A DNA stretch of 64,000 nucleotides from Ignavibacterium sp. (GCA_018335755.1 JAGXRK010000061.1:6646-70645); one strand, 5' to 3'; positions 46,454-56,924 are shown, counted from the first letter of the stretch. Program-made: numbers and translations. The notes: generated from the sequence alone by a model not told the origin.

Positions 46454-46795
46454 ATGAAAACTAAACTTGTTGAGAAGTATAACGCCGTTGTTATTGAACT
46501 TAAGGGAAATGTGATGGGCGGCGACGATACAAAAGATTTTACCGAAACTCTGCACAAATTGATTGATGAAGGAAAGAAAAATGTAATTGTAGACCTTTCC
46601 GGTGTTAAGTTTATGAACAGTTCCGGTTTGGGTATGCTTATAAGCGGATTGACAACAATGAAAAAAGCTGATGGGCATTTGAAACTTGCTAATGTTACCG
46701 ATAAAATTGAAAGTCTGCTTATTATTACAAAGCTTATCACCATTTTTGAATCCTACGAATCAGTGGATGAAGCTGTAAAAAGCTTACCGGAATAA
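46454..46795 (+). CDS. STAS-domain anti-sigma factor antagonist
   Basis: VDLSGVKFMNSSGLGMLI. 113 aa. Confidence 0.8.
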   Translation: MKTKLVEKYNAVVIELKGNVMGGDDTKDFTETLHKLIDEGKKNVIVDLSGVKFMNSSGLGMLISGLTTMKKADGHLKLANVTDKIESLLIITKLITIFESYESVDEAVKSLPE

Positions 46796-46822
46796 TTTCT
46801 TAATTGATTTTTTAATTTTCTG

Positions 46823-46855
46823 AACTCCGGATTTTCATCCGGAGTTTATTTTTTG
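46823..46855 (+). terminator. Rho-independent terminator after the STAS gene
   Basis: aactccgg-attttcat-ccggagtt followed by tatttttt. Confidence 0.75.
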
Positions 46856-46886
46856 TAAAAAAATAAAAGTTAAGGTTTTAATACGA

Positions 46887-48155
46887 ATGAGTGCAACTGT
46901 ATTGGTCGGCTCCCAATGGGGCGATGAAGGGAAAGGTAAAATTGTTGATATACTCAGCGAAAAATATAAAATTGTTGCCCGGTACCAGGGTGGTGCAAAT
47001 GCCGGACACACTGTAATTATAGGCGACAAACAGCATATACTGCATCTTATTCCCTCGGGCATACTAAGAGATGATGTTATATGTGTAATAGGAAACGGTG
47101 TAGTTATTGATCCCTCAGCGCTTCTCGAAGAGATTGAAATCCTTGAAAAGAACGGAATTAATGTTGAAGGCAGACTATATATAAGTCACAATGCTCACCT
47201 TATAATGCCGTACCACAAACTTCTGGATTCTATCAGTGAAAGCGGTGAACAGAAAATTGGCACTACCGGCAGAGGAATTGGACCCTGCTACATTGATAAA
47301 TTTGCCCGCAAGGGAATCCGTATCGTTGATCTATTGGACCGAGCTGAGCTCGAAAAGAAAATACGAGCCAACCTGAAAGAGAAAAATGAATTATTGAAAA
47401 AAGTTTATGAGCACGAAGGTCTGGATGTAGATTCAATTGTAAAAGATTACCTTGAATTTGACAAAGCCATTGATAAGTATATAAAAGATGTTCCTGCTTT
47501 TCTGAACCAGGCGCTTAATGAAGGAAAATCCATATTACTTGAAGGTGCACAGGGGACATTACTTGATATTGACCACGGCACTTACCCTTTTGTTACATCA
47601 AGCAGTCCAACCTCTGGAGGAGCCTGCACCGGAACCGGAATACCACCAACAAAAATTGATTCAGTTATTGGAATAGTAAAAGCTTATACAACAAGAGTTG
47701 GCAATGGTCCTTTCCCTACAGAACTTCTGAATGAAGAAGGGGAAAAGTTAAGAAAGATAGGAGCCGAATTTGGAGCAACTACAGGAAGACCGCGACGATG
47801 CGGCTGGTATGATGCCTTTCTTGTAGCCTATTCTCAAATGGTAAACGGCATTACCTCTGTTGCTATAACAAAACTTGATGTACTTAGCGGATTTGAAAAG
47901 ATAAACGTCTGCATTGGTTACGAATTGAATGGTAAAAGATTGAAGTCATATCCTTCATCTGTTGATCAGTTATCATCTGTCACACCGATTTATGAAGAAC
48001 TTGACGGATGGGATGAAGATATAAGTAATTGTTTATCGTATGATGAACTGCCTGCAAAAACAAAAGAGTATCTTGAGTTTATTGCAAAACATTCAGGAAT
48101 AAAAATTGATATTATTTCAGTCGGTCCGAAGCGTAAACAGACTTTCTTTGTTTAG
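46887..48155 (+). CDS. purA: Adenylosuccinate synthase
   Basis: GSQWGDEGKGKIVD, GGANAGHT and GTTGRGIGP. Confidence 0.95.
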   Translation: MSATVLVGSQWGDEGKGKIVDILSEKYKIVARYQGGANAGHTVIIGDKQHILHLIPSGILRDDVICVIGNGVVIDPSALLEEIEILEKNGINVEGRLYISHNAHLIMPYHKLLDSISESGEQKIGTTGRGIGPCYIDKFARKGIRIVDLLDRAELEKKIRANLKEKNELLKKVYEHEGLDVDSIVKDYLEFDKAIDKYIKDVPAFLNQALNEGKSILLEGAQGTLLDIDHGTYPFVTSSSPTSGGACTGTGIPPTKIDSVIGIVKAYTTRVGNGPFPTELLNEEGEKLRKIGAEFGATTGRPRRCGWYDAFLVAYSQMVNGITSVAITKLDVLSGFEKINVCIGYELNGKRLKSYPSSVDQLSSVTPIYEELDGWDEDISNCLSYDELPAKTKEYLEFIAKHSGIKIDIISVGPKRKQTFFV

Positions 48156-48167
48156 TTTTTTTAATTT

Positions 48168-49016
48168 CTAAACACCTAACAGTCTCATAAGCAAAAAAAT
48201 TATCAATCCGGCAGTTGCTCCGAGATAGATTCTGCGGATATTTTTCCTTCCTTCTTTTTCGTCTGCATTTAATAATTTTATTGATGGATATGCAATTGAA
48301 ATATCCATTATTAAAATTGGAATCAGGTAAGCCGAAGAAAACCAGTTAAGAATAAACGGAACAAAAGACAGCAGTACAACAAAAAAGAAAATAGAGACGC
48401 TGATCTTTATTGCAGTTTGCTTTCCGTACTTTATTGCTAGTGAAGCTGAGTTTATTAACCTGTCTCCTTCCATATCCATTGCATCGGCGGCAATTTCCTC
48501 TCCCAAATCGACCAGCGCTGCAATAACAGCAAAGAACCAAACAATTTTATTGAATGGTAATCCAACTGTAATTCCGCCATAAACAAAAGTCATTCCCACA
48601 GAAAAACTTACCAGCAGGTTTCCCGGCAAACCGCTTTTTTTGAATTTACGGTTATAAAGAAATCCAATCGCTGAAACTAAGATAACAGTAAACAGCGCAC
48701 CAATGTTTAACAATAAACTTAATACTAATCCTGAAGAAAAAAGAAATAATGCAAATAGCAGTGCTTCTGTTTTTGTTACTACACCTGATGGTATCGGGCG
48801 ACCAGGTGCATTTATCATATCAGTCTCAACATCAAAATAATCATTAAGCACAAGAATTGAAGCTGAGATAAAGAAGATTGAGAAAAAACCATCGATGATT
48901 TCTGTTGGTACGGCAAAATCACCTAATGCTAGCAGCTGACCCATCACTACACATATTCCTGCTGAGAATGGGAGTTCGAATCGTATTAGTTTGAAAAGTC
49001 CTTTAACTTTTTTCAT
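48168..49016 (-). CDS. UbiA-family prenyltransferase
   Basis: Asp-rich motifs NDYFDVETD and DAMDMEGD. 8-9 TM segments. Confidence 0.75.
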   Translation of the reverse strand: MKKVKGLFKLIRFELPFSAGICVVMGQLLALGDFAVPTEIIDGFFSIFFISASILVLNDYFDVETDMINAPGRPIPSGVVTKTEALLFALFLFSSGLVLSLLLNIGALFTVILVSAIGFLYNRKFKKSGLPGNLLVSFSVGMTFVYGGITVGLPFNKIVWFFAVIAALVDLGEEIAADAMDMEGDRLINSASLAIKYGKQTAIKISVSIFFFVVLLSFVPFILNWFSSAYLIPILIMDISIAYPSIKLLNADEKEGRKNIRRIYLGATAGLIIFLLMRLLGV

Positions 49017-49161
49017 ATTATGAAAAAGATAAGCTATATTTTTTTAACAGTTGGCAAATTAAAAGATGCACTTAACAATAATTTTAGTACAAAGAGTAAT
49101 CTTAAAGCCACTAAAGCTTCAGTATCTGATGAATACTAAGTTTCAAATGGAGTTTTGTTAT

Positions 49162-49698
49162 TTATATTACTATTCGCGAAAATATATTAACAGACTTCTG
49201 ATGATTACGCTGAATTACAATACTATCAATACTTACATACTCAATCTTTAATGAGGTAGTTACTTTTGTAATGGCATTGTCTTTATTTATTGTTTTGTGA
49301 TCTTTATTTCGGGTGGAGTACCATAAATAAAATGTGTCAGCAAAATTACTAACTTCATTGATCACTAACGGAGAGGGACTGTAGCTGCCGAAAGAAACAA
49401 TAAGTTTTAAGTTTATAGAGTCTGAAACAGTATTAATAATTTCTTCTGAAAATGGAATGTTCTCCTTTATTATTGAGACAAGTCCAATTTGCTCGATAAC
49501 AATATTTGCAGTGTCCGATTCACTAACAATCGAAATTGTATCAATAAAATTACCTTTGTAATAAGTGCCGTGCTCCTCTTCAGAAGCACAAGAATAAAAA
49601 ATAATTGCAAATGCAATAAATGCAGCTGCAATTTTTTTTTTATTATTTCGTTTAACTATATGCAGCATAATCTTTTCTACGAATTTCTGAATTCCCAT
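49162..49698 (-). CDS. Hypothetical lipoprotein
   Basis: Lipobox-like AIIFYSC after a basic N-terminus. The start may be the internal ATG (MLHIVK). Confidence 0.45.
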   Translation of the reverse strand: MGIQKFVEKIMLHIVKRNNKKKIAAAFIAFAIIFYSCASEEEHGTYYKGNFIDTISIVSESDTANIVIEQIGLVSIIKENIPFSEEIINTVSDSINLKLIVSFGSYSPSPLVINEVSNFADTFYLWYSTRNKDHKTINKDNAITKVTTSLKIEYVSIDSIVIQRNHQKSVNIFSRIVI

Positions 49699-49841
49699 AA
49701 GTGATTTATTAAATTTAATCTATGTAAACTCAGCTTATCCCGATAATATTACTAAAATGCCGGAGTTATTTATGAATGACTTTTTATCTGAACCAATCAT
49801 TATTACCGATTGACCTTAAATCTGTTAAGGAGATTATGTGT

Positions 49842-50588
49842 TTATTCGAAAAGATAATACTTTCTATAATGCATTGGTTTTTGCTGACAATAATGCCAAA
49901 ACAAAAATATAGCCTGTGGATTCGATTCCGGACTTTCAAAAGTTAAAGTATACATTCTATAATTGGGTTCTTTTAATTTAACTGCAATTTCAGGATACCA
50001 AGAAACCAATGGGTCTGAACATTGGGGTTCATATGATTGATACCACAAAGTATCAATTTCTATATTCAGCCTTTTAATACCTATAATTAAAGAATCAATA
50101 AAGTTGTTAACAAAAATTGAGTCCCAATCAGGTGAATTCCAATGGTGTTTGCGGCGGGGAGGTGGAAAGGAATAACTTGAGAGTCTATAATAATTAGAAT
50201 CAGGATGTATTAAATCAGGTAAATCATCGTATGTTATTACATCATAAAAATATTTATTTCTTGTCAGCATAATTTCGTCAAGTTCTAAAAGAGAATCATT
50301 AACTGTTATTTCTATATCTCTATTGGTATAACCAATTGAGGATATAGAAAGATTATGAGTGCCGAAAGGAATATCCTGAAACACAAAATATCCATATAAA
50401 TCAGTTAACGTCTTAGAATTATTATAACTAATTTTTAATTCAGTTGGGTTCAGTGGTGTTAAACTAAGTGAATCATATACAATCCCGATAATTTTTCCTC
50501 TCCTGTCTGATGGATCATTATTTATTACATTTTCATTGCAGGCAATTAATATAAAAATCATTAATAAAAATTTTATAATATTTTTCAT
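49842..50588 (-). CDS. Lipoprotein with a carboxypeptidase-regulatory-like (CarboxypepD_reg) domain
   Basis: Lipobox ILIAC. GIVYDS...LYGYFVFQDIPFGTHNLSISSIGY. Confidence 0.55.
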   Translation of the reverse strand: MKNIIKFLLMIFILIACNENVINNDPSDRRGKIIGIVYDSLSLTPLNPTELKISYNNSKTLTDLYGYFVFQDIPFGTHNLSISSIGYTNRDIEITVNDSLLELDEIMLTRNKYFYDVITYDDLPDLIHPDSNYYRLSSYSFPPPRRKHHWNSPDWDSIFVNNFIDSLIIGIKRLNIEIDTLWYQSYEPQCSDPLVSWYPEIAVKLKEPNYRMYTLTFESPESNPQAIFLFWHYCQQKPMHYRKYYLFE

Positions 50589-50900
50589 AAGCTAACACCT
50601 CATATTTTCATCTTAACCTGATAATACCAGAAAGCCATAATTATTAAAAATTTCCATATCACTTGGACACTTCTTTATGATATTTTTTTAAATTCTAAAT
50701 GACCCTTTAAATTGATATTCCTTAAAAAATTTCATATATCAAACCGTAATTTTCGATAAAAGAAACCATCTCCTTCTTTAACACTCTTATAGAACTTCCT
50801 CAGGAATCTCCAATGGATATAAGGAGGATATGTTCATACAATACAATCGAAACTTAAATCAATTTTAGCTTAAAGTCCATTAACATTTGGCAAGTATCTT

Positions 50901-50934
50901 TAAACAACAAAACCCGGATCTGCTAAATCCGGGC
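50901..50934 (-). terminator. Rho-independent (bidirectional-looking) terminator after the FG-GAP protein gene
   Basis: cccggat/atccggg stem flanked by an A-run and a T-run. Confidence 0.7.
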
Positions 50935-50961
50935 TTTTTGTTTTTTAATCTTTGATTTTTT

Positions 50962-52800
50962 TTATTTCATAAACATCATTTTGCGGGATTCAACAAAATT
51001 ACCTGCCTGAATTTTGTATATATAAATTCCGCTGGATAGATCACTTGCATTGAAATTAATTTCATACACTCCGCCGGATTTTTGCTCATTTACTAATGTT
51101 GCCACCTCTCTTCCAAGCACATCATAAACACGCAGAGTTACAAATTCATTTGACGGTATCGAGTAAACTATTCTTGTTGAAGGGTTGAATGGATTCGGGT
51201 AATTTGCTTTAAGTTCAAACTGAAAAGCAATTATTCCATCATCAACAGAAGTTGGGGATTCAATTGTAAAAGTTTTTTCAGCGGCAAACTCAGAAGCTAA
51301 AAATCCGTTATCCACAACCTGAACGCTCCAGTAATACTCACCGGATTCAAGTCCGCGAATCTGCCATGTAGTATTGTGATTCGTGTTTCCAAAAGCAGGT
51401 ATAGATCTTAAACCAGATTCTTGCGAGGACATTGCTGAATAAATATCAGAAGCGCCGGGACTTGTTCCAACGCGAAGATTGTAAGTGATTGATTCTGTGC
51501 CGGTTTCCGGATCGAATGATTCATCCCACATCAGCTTAACAATATCTGCTCCAATCTCCTCATTTAGTCCGGTTGGAATTGAAGGTCTGCTGTTCGGCGT
51601 TGAAGAAATATTTTCATAAAGATAAGTAACATAAGTTTGATTATCCTTATCATAACCAGCAAGCATTAAATCAAGCTTTCCGTTATTATTAAAATCTCCC
51701 CAGGAAGCCACGCTTAATGCCAGCTGCTCAAGTGAATCTTCAGATGCTGTAAAATTTCCGTTTCCATCATTTAGAAATAGTTTTGTAAATGGTTCAATAC
51801 CTAAAGCATTATTAGAACCGGAAAGCAGAATATCAATATTGCCGTCGTTATTAACATCAGCCCAGATACCGGTGCTATTTATCATTCCCGGTAACTGAAT
51901 ATCAGCTTTTTCAAAAGTTTCATTACCTAAATTCTTATAAATAGCAGTAAATGCAGCATCGAAACCAAATAATTCAAACTTGCGATCACCTGTCACTAGT
52001 AAATCCAATAAGCCATCGTTGTTATAGTCTCCCCAGCTAACTGAACCAGTGAATATTCCAGCTATATTAGTTTGAAATTCAGTAAAAGTCCCGTCACCAT
52101 TATTTCTGTAAAGTTTGGTTACGCCTTTGGAGATATTATTATCTATATCATCTTTGCCTGCAATTACAAGATCAAGATTACCATCATTATTAAAATCTCC
52201 CCAGGCAGCACTGCCCTGCCATACTCCAACTAAATTAACTGCAACTTCTTCAAACTGTCCGTTACCAAGATTACTGTATAATTTGGAAGTAGGATTAAAA
52301 TCTCTGTCAAGTCCGGAAATGACAAAATCTATTGTACCGTTGTTATCGAAATCTGCACAGGCAATTGAAGCGTAATACATTCCGGTTATGTTGTTGGATG
52401 CTTGCGAAAATGTTCCATCGCCATTATTTATATAAACTTTTGTTTCAGGTCTTTGAAGAAGTTGATAATAACCGGAAATTATAATATCAAGAAGTCCGTC
52501 GTTATTAACATCAACCCAGGCACCTGCTCCGTTAGATAATTTTAAGAGAAATGAAATTTGATTAAGTGTAAACGTGCCGTCGCCATTGTTTTTGTAGATT
52601 GTAGATGTTCCGGCCCAGGGGTATGGTCCTCCGGCAAAGAGTATATCCAGAAAGCCATCGTTGTTGTAATCACCCCAGATGATATTTCCGCCGGTAAATC
52701 CGGGAAAATTTAGTTCTGTTTTAGAAAAATTTTGGGGAAATATGAAGTTTGATGCAAAAAATAACATCAAAGGAAGAATTAGAAAAGCCTTGCGAATCAT
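50962..52800 (-). CDS. FG-GAP/VCBS repeat beta-propeller protein with a T9SS C-terminal sorting domain
   Basis: ATG at 52800 gives a signal peptide. Seven GD(Y/F)NNDG.LD(I/L) repeats. C-terminal NYPNPFNPSTRIVYSIP. Confidence 0.85.
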   Translation of the reverse strand: MIRKAFLILPLMLFFASNFIFPQNFSKTELNFPGFTGGNIIWGDYNNDGFLDILFAGGPYPWAGTSTIYKNNGDGTFTLNQISFLLKLSNGAGAWVDVNNDGLLDIIISGYYQLLQRPETKVYINNGDGTFSQASNNITGMYYASIACADFDNNGTIDFVISGLDRDFNPTSKLYSNLGNGQFEEVAVNLVGVWQGSAAWGDFNNDGNLDLVIAGKDDIDNNISKGVTKLYRNNGDGTFTEFQTNIAGIFTGSVSWGDYNNDGLLDLLVTGDRKFELFGFDAAFTAIYKNLGNETFEKADIQLPGMINSTGIWADVNNDGNIDILLSGSNNALGIEPFTKLFLNDGNGNFTASEDSLEQLALSVASWGDFNNNGKLDLMLAGYDKDNQTYVTYLYENISSTPNSRPSIPTGLNEEIGADIVKLMWDESFDPETGTESITYNLRVGTSPGASDIYSAMSSQESGLRSIPAFGNTNHNTTWQIRGLESGEYYWSVQVVDNGFLASEFAAEKTFTIESPTSVDDGIIAFQFELKANYPNPFNPSTRIVYSIPSNEFVTLRVYDVLGREVATLVNEQKSGGVYEINFNASDLSSGIYIYKIQAGNFVESRKMMFMK

Positions 52801-52979
52801 GAAACCTCCGTAGATTTTGATATAGAATTTGGTATGCATAGAACTATTTTTAAGAAATTTTAGTTCCATTTAATTCTAAAAAGTACATTTTTTTGAAAGA
52901 TACGAAAAAGGTAAAGAATTTCTTCAAACTTGTGTTTTAATCAGGTTAATAATGACGATTTAATAATTTCTTAACATCT

Positions 52980-53831
52980 CTAAATCAGCTTTTCTGTAAG
53001 TTTTTTGATAGTAAGCGGAGCACTGCCTTCAAAGTGATTATTTACATTTACATAAACATCCACTTTTTTTGATGAAAGGTATTTTATTATTTCTGCTGTT
53101 TTATCAAGTTCATCGTCCCTGTTATCAACAATACTGTTCCAGATGCTGCCGGTTCTTTCTTCAATACCTTTTCTGTCGGGTCCGTGCAGTCTTATTACCG
53201 ATGTTCCTTCAATGAATTCTTTATGCTTGTTAAAAACCTCTTTTACAGGCGGCATATAATATCCCTGCAGAAAAACCATTGCCAGTTTGTTTCTTTTAAT
53301 GAATTCAAAAAAGTTTTTATTCAGATAGTTCGGATTCCGGATTTCAACACCCAGAGTAAATTTCCGGTTAATTTTTTCAAGGAATGATTCGAACATCTCA
53401 ATGAACTGTATCTGGCTGCTCATTTTATACTTGTTCAGATATTCAAATTGGAACATCAGCACTCCAATTTTAAAGTGCATTGATTTTAGTGATTCAATAA
53501 AAGTATTGAAAAGCTCAGCATCAAAGAAATTTGGATTTACAACCAGCGGGTCTGTTTTTTTCTTTTTATAAAAGTGTGTTAATGTAATGCTGTTCGGTAT
53601 TTTTATTGTAAACCTGAAATCACCCGGAACTGAATCATTATATTCTTTAACAGTTTTCTTAATCGGCAAAGTAATTTTATCTACTCCGTGTAATGACCAG
53701 AACCACTGATCAATTTCCACTGTGTTGAAATGTTTTGCATATTCTTCAAGAAAATTAAACTTAGAAATGTTAGGATAAACAATTCCCTTCCAGGAATCGT
53801 ATTTCCAACTGCAGGTTCCTATTCTTATCAT
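52980..53831 (-). CDS. DUF72 (UPF0759) family protein
   Basis: IRIGTCSWKYDSWKGIVYP N-terminus and 283 aa are typical of DUF72. Confidence 0.7.
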   Translation of the reverse strand: MIRIGTCSWKYDSWKGIVYPNISKFNFLEEYAKHFNTVEIDQWFWSLHGVDKITLPIKKTVKEYNDSVPGDFRFTIKIPNSITLTHFYKKKKTDPLVVNPNFFDAELFNTFIESLKSMHFKIGVLMFQFEYLNKYKMSSQIQFIEMFESFLEKINRKFTLGVEIRNPNYLNKNFFEFIKRNKLAMVFLQGYYMPPVKEVFNKHKEFIEGTSVIRLHGPDRKGIEERTGSIWNSIVDNRDDELDKTAEIIKYLSSKKVDVYVNVNNHFEGSAPLTIKKLTEKLI

Positions 53832-53942
53832 AATTTAAGTAAAATTAATTGTGAGTTATATTTTTATTGAGCATAGAAAGGATTTTAACCTTTTAAAATT
53901 CATCTAAACATAATAAATTATTTTCAAATTCCGGAAATACTT

Positions 53943-54758
53943 TTGAAAAAACTAATTAACGTGGTCAAAATATTTATAGTCTTCCTGATGATCGATATAG
54001 TATCTGCGCAGCCTATGATTATTTCGCACCGCGGAGCCATGGGCTATGCACCGGAAAACACACTAGCGGCATTCAAACTTGCTATTGAACTAGAAACGGA
54101 TGCAATTGAACTGGATTTAAGACAAACGAAAGATGGTGTGCTGGTTGTGCTGCACGATGCAACCATAAATAAAACTACTAATGGTAAAGGAAATGTTAAG
54201 AATTTTAATTTTGATGAATTACAAAAACTTGATGCGGGTTCCTGGTTTGATGAAAAATTCAAGGAAGAGAAAATTCCTTCTTTGCAGGAAGTGATCAATC
54301 TGCTGAATGATTCAGTCCTGATAATAATTGAGCTGAAAGAAGGAAACGAAACTTATCCCGGTATTGAAGAAAAAACAGTATCGCTTATAAGAGAAAATCG
54401 TATTGAATCACAAACCATACTAAAATCATTTGATCCGAACGTTCTTAGCAGGTTAAGAAAAATTGCTCCCGAAATTCCTTTATGCTATGTATATGCATTA
54501 AGAATTCCCTGGCTCGGGATGATAATCGATCGGGGAGTTACATTTGGCAGCATTTTCAGTATTGATGCAGAGTATTTGCAGCCCCACCGTTTTTTCTTAT
54601 CTGATTCATTCGTTAAAGAAGCACAATCAAAGGGATATAAAATAATTTCCTGGGGCGTAAACAGTGAAGAAGCTATTAAACAATCAATATCTTACAAAGT
54701 AGATGGTATTGAAACGGACTATCCGGATAGAGTTAAAAAACTGATTTCCGAATATTAG
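53943..54758 (+). CDS. Secreted glycerophosphodiester phosphodiesterase
   Basis: ISHRGAMGYAPENTLAAF, IELDLRQTKDGVLVVLHD. TTG start with a signal peptide. Confidence 0.8.
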   Translation: MKKLINVVKIFIVFLMIDIVSAQPMIISHRGAMGYAPENTLAAFKLAIELETDAIELDLRQTKDGVLVVLHDATINKTTNGKGNVKNFNFDELQKLDAGSWFDEKFKEEKIPSLQEVINLLNDSVLIIIELKEGNETYPGIEEKTVSLIRENRIESQTILKSFDPNVLSRLRKIAPEIPLCYVYALRIPWLGMIIDRGVTFGSIFSIDAEYLQPHRFFLSDSFVKEAQSKGYKIISWGVNSEEAIKQSISYKVDGIETDYPDRVKKLISEY

Positions 54759-54855
54759 AAATCATTTAGTTAGAAAAATAAAACTGAAACAAATATTCTA
54801 GCTAATAATCTATCAGTGCTTTCACAAGATCAATAATAACTTCACGAGTAAGGAA

Positions 54856-55284
54856 TTATTCCTTATTCAGCCGTGCTGAGCAAACGAATTTACCATTCGG
54901 ATAGGCCCATTGGTATTCTACATAATCAGGATGGAAAATTATATATACTATTCCATTATCAACACAATCATTTCTTGTATCCAATTTTTCTCTTAAAACG
55001 ATCTTGTCATCCTTAATCTCAACTAAATTCCAGCTAGCGTTACATCCTAATTCGGGGTACTCAGCCATAGCTATATTTTCACCTACTGATTCATCATTAA
55101 TCGGATCGGTTATATGCACTTTTATTGAATATGAATCAGCATCGGCCTGAATGACTTCACCACTCCATGTTCCAACGAACTCAGACAGTGCGATTTTTTT
55201 GTTCGATGAACCATTAGTTTCGGTTTGTGCTATACCGGCATTTATAAAAATCGCCAACAGCGATATTAAGTACAATTTTTTCAT
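54856..55284 (-). CDS. Hypothetical small secreted protein
   Basis: Signal peptide MKKLYLISLLAIFINAGIAQ. No family recognised. Confidence 0.5.
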   Translation of the reverse strand: MKKLYLISLLAIFINAGIAQTETNGSSNKKIALSEFVGTWSGEVIQADADSYSIKVHITDPINDESVGENIAMAEYPELGCNASWNLVEIKDDKIVLREKLDTRNDCVDNGIVYIIFHPDYVEYQWAYPNGKFVCSARLNKE

Positions 55285-55356
55285 ATCTATTCCTTTAAAT
55301 TAAAATGTAATTATTAGTGTTTTATCCCGATTAAACCGGGAGTAAAATATTGTTTG

Positions 55357-55408
55357 TAACGGCGTGGCAATTTACAAGCGGCTGCGCCGTTTATGTTGCT
55401 AATGTTTT
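55357..55408. repeat. Conserved ~53-nt element, copy A, upstream of the 54856-55284 gene
   Basis: taacggcg...acaagcggctgcgccgtttatgttgctaatgttttt is about 80% identical to 56034-56086. Contains the inverted repeat aacggcg/cgccgtt. Confidence 0.6.
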
Positions 55409-55581
55409 TTTAATTGTGCTTAGCTAGATAACTATTTTTTTATTTATCTATTGGCTTTTTACTTACCTGTCCGCCGTGTCGGATTAAAGAGGTAATACTG
55501 TATACCTATTAATTTACTTTTTATAAAAGTTCTGAATAAATTATTTTAAAGACATTACAGAATATTTTAATCTATTCATAT

Positions 55582-55977
55582 TTATTGATATCTTTTCCAT
55601 CGTCCTTCAAAGGAAGCAAAATTACTATTGATAATATCTAACGATTCAATTTTAGTAATTCTAATTTCTTTATGTTCATCAATAAATTCGATATTATATT
55701 TTGCTATTAATTCATAATCATTATTGAATAATAAAAGTTCGGTGAAATTCATTTCATATTTATAGTAAATAGCATCTTTATCTTTTTGAAATAATTGATG
55801 AATATTCTCACTATCTATAAATTTTAATATTTCATTAGAATTTTGAATTGCATCATCATAACGCATCCAGGAACCAATAAGTAATATTGAATAAAATTCA
55901 CTTTCTGAAATTTCTTTAGTGCAAGTCGAACAAAAAATAACAATAAGAAATAAAGAAAATAAATTTACCTTAACCAT
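55582..55977 (-). CDS. Hypothetical small lipoprotein / secreted protein
   Basis: Signal or lipobox region LFLIVIFCSTC. No family recognised. Confidence 0.5.
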   Translation of the reverse strand: MVKVNLFSLFLIVIFCSTCTKEISESEFYSILLIGSWMRYDDAIQNSNEILKFIDSENIHQLFQKDKDAIYYKYEMNFTELLLFNNDYELIAKYNIEFIDEHKEIRITKIESLDIINSNFASFEGRWKRYQ

Positions 55978-56033
55978 ATTGTGTTACTCTTAAATCTATA
56001 ATTTAATTTTAATTATTGCAGTATAACGGCGAC

Positions 56034-56086
56034 ACAACTAACAAGCGGCTGCACCGTTTTTGTTGATTATGTTTTGTTTAACTAAC
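56034..56086. repeat. Conserved ~53-nt element, copy B, upstream of the 55582-55977 gene
   Basis: taacggcgacacaactaacaagcggctgcaccgtttttgttgattatgttttg. See copy A. Confidence 0.6.
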
Positions 56087-56264
56087 AATGCTATTTTATT
56101 ACTGAAATTTGGGTCGATCAACCATCCGCTTCAATCTTTCCCTAATACGGATCCCCCTCCGACATCTTCGGCAGTCAAATGGAGGGTATGTTCATCTGTG
56201 CGTAGGAAACATAAATAAATTAGGTTATAAAGTCCATTATGGTTTGACCAATACCAAAAATGTC

Positions 56265-56591
56265 TCACCTTTCATTTAATCCAACAAAACAGTGCAGATA
56301 GCAGGCAAAGTCCCCTATTTCTTTTCTGTCATTCCCCAGATAAAGTCTCCAGTCAGCATTCTCACCGGCTTTAATCATTTCCCGGCTAAGGATATTACAA
56401 CAATCAATAAATGTATCGTGCGCCCTGGTTCTTGCCTCATCGTTAGCTCTTTTTTCAGCACCATCCATAAAATACCAGTCAGCTCTTATTCTTGCATAGT
56501 TAAAAGCGGCTTCAAAGAGGTTATTTTTTAATTTATTAAGTTTTGTTGTATTTAACTTATCGTAAATCTGTTTTGAATGCAGAAAGATCAT
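56265..56591 (-). CDS. Hypothetical protein
   Basis: 108-aa ORF, helical-looking. No family recognised. Confidence 0.4.
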   Translation of the reverse strand: MIFLHSKQIYDKLNTTKLNKLKNNLFEAAFNYARIRADWYFMDGAEKRANDEARTRAHDTFIDCCNILSREMIKAGENADWRLYLGNDRKEIGDFACYLHCFVGLNER

Positions 56592-56813
56592 AATTTTCCC
56601 TCATTAAATTTATTTTATAATAATATTATAGGTAAAAAAGTTAGTTTGTCGGAAAGTTGGCGCTGGTTAGCATTAAAAAAAATAAAGGTTGTCTTAAAAT
56701 TCTTAAACACAAGGTAGCCGCAATTTTCAAGTTGCGAATTTGTCATATTTTTGCAAGCTGAATCTTGCGGCTACAGCAAAATAGTGAGTTATGAAACAGC
56801 CTTGTTTTGGAAC

Positions 56814-56872
56814 TAGTGAACGGATTTTCCCATTGGGATTCCTCTCAGAAGAACCGCCGAACGGCTGATTTA
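56814..56872 (-). pseudogene. Degenerate second copy of the tRNA 3'-half (old att scar) with a ~23-nt insertion
   Basis: agtgaacggattt[tcccattgggattcctctcagaa]gaaccgccgaacggctgattta compared with 56925-56965. Confidence 0.5.
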
Positions 56873-56924
56873 CCGTTTAAATGAAAGAAAGCCCTGCAAT
56901 TTTAATCACAGGGCTTTAAGAGTG

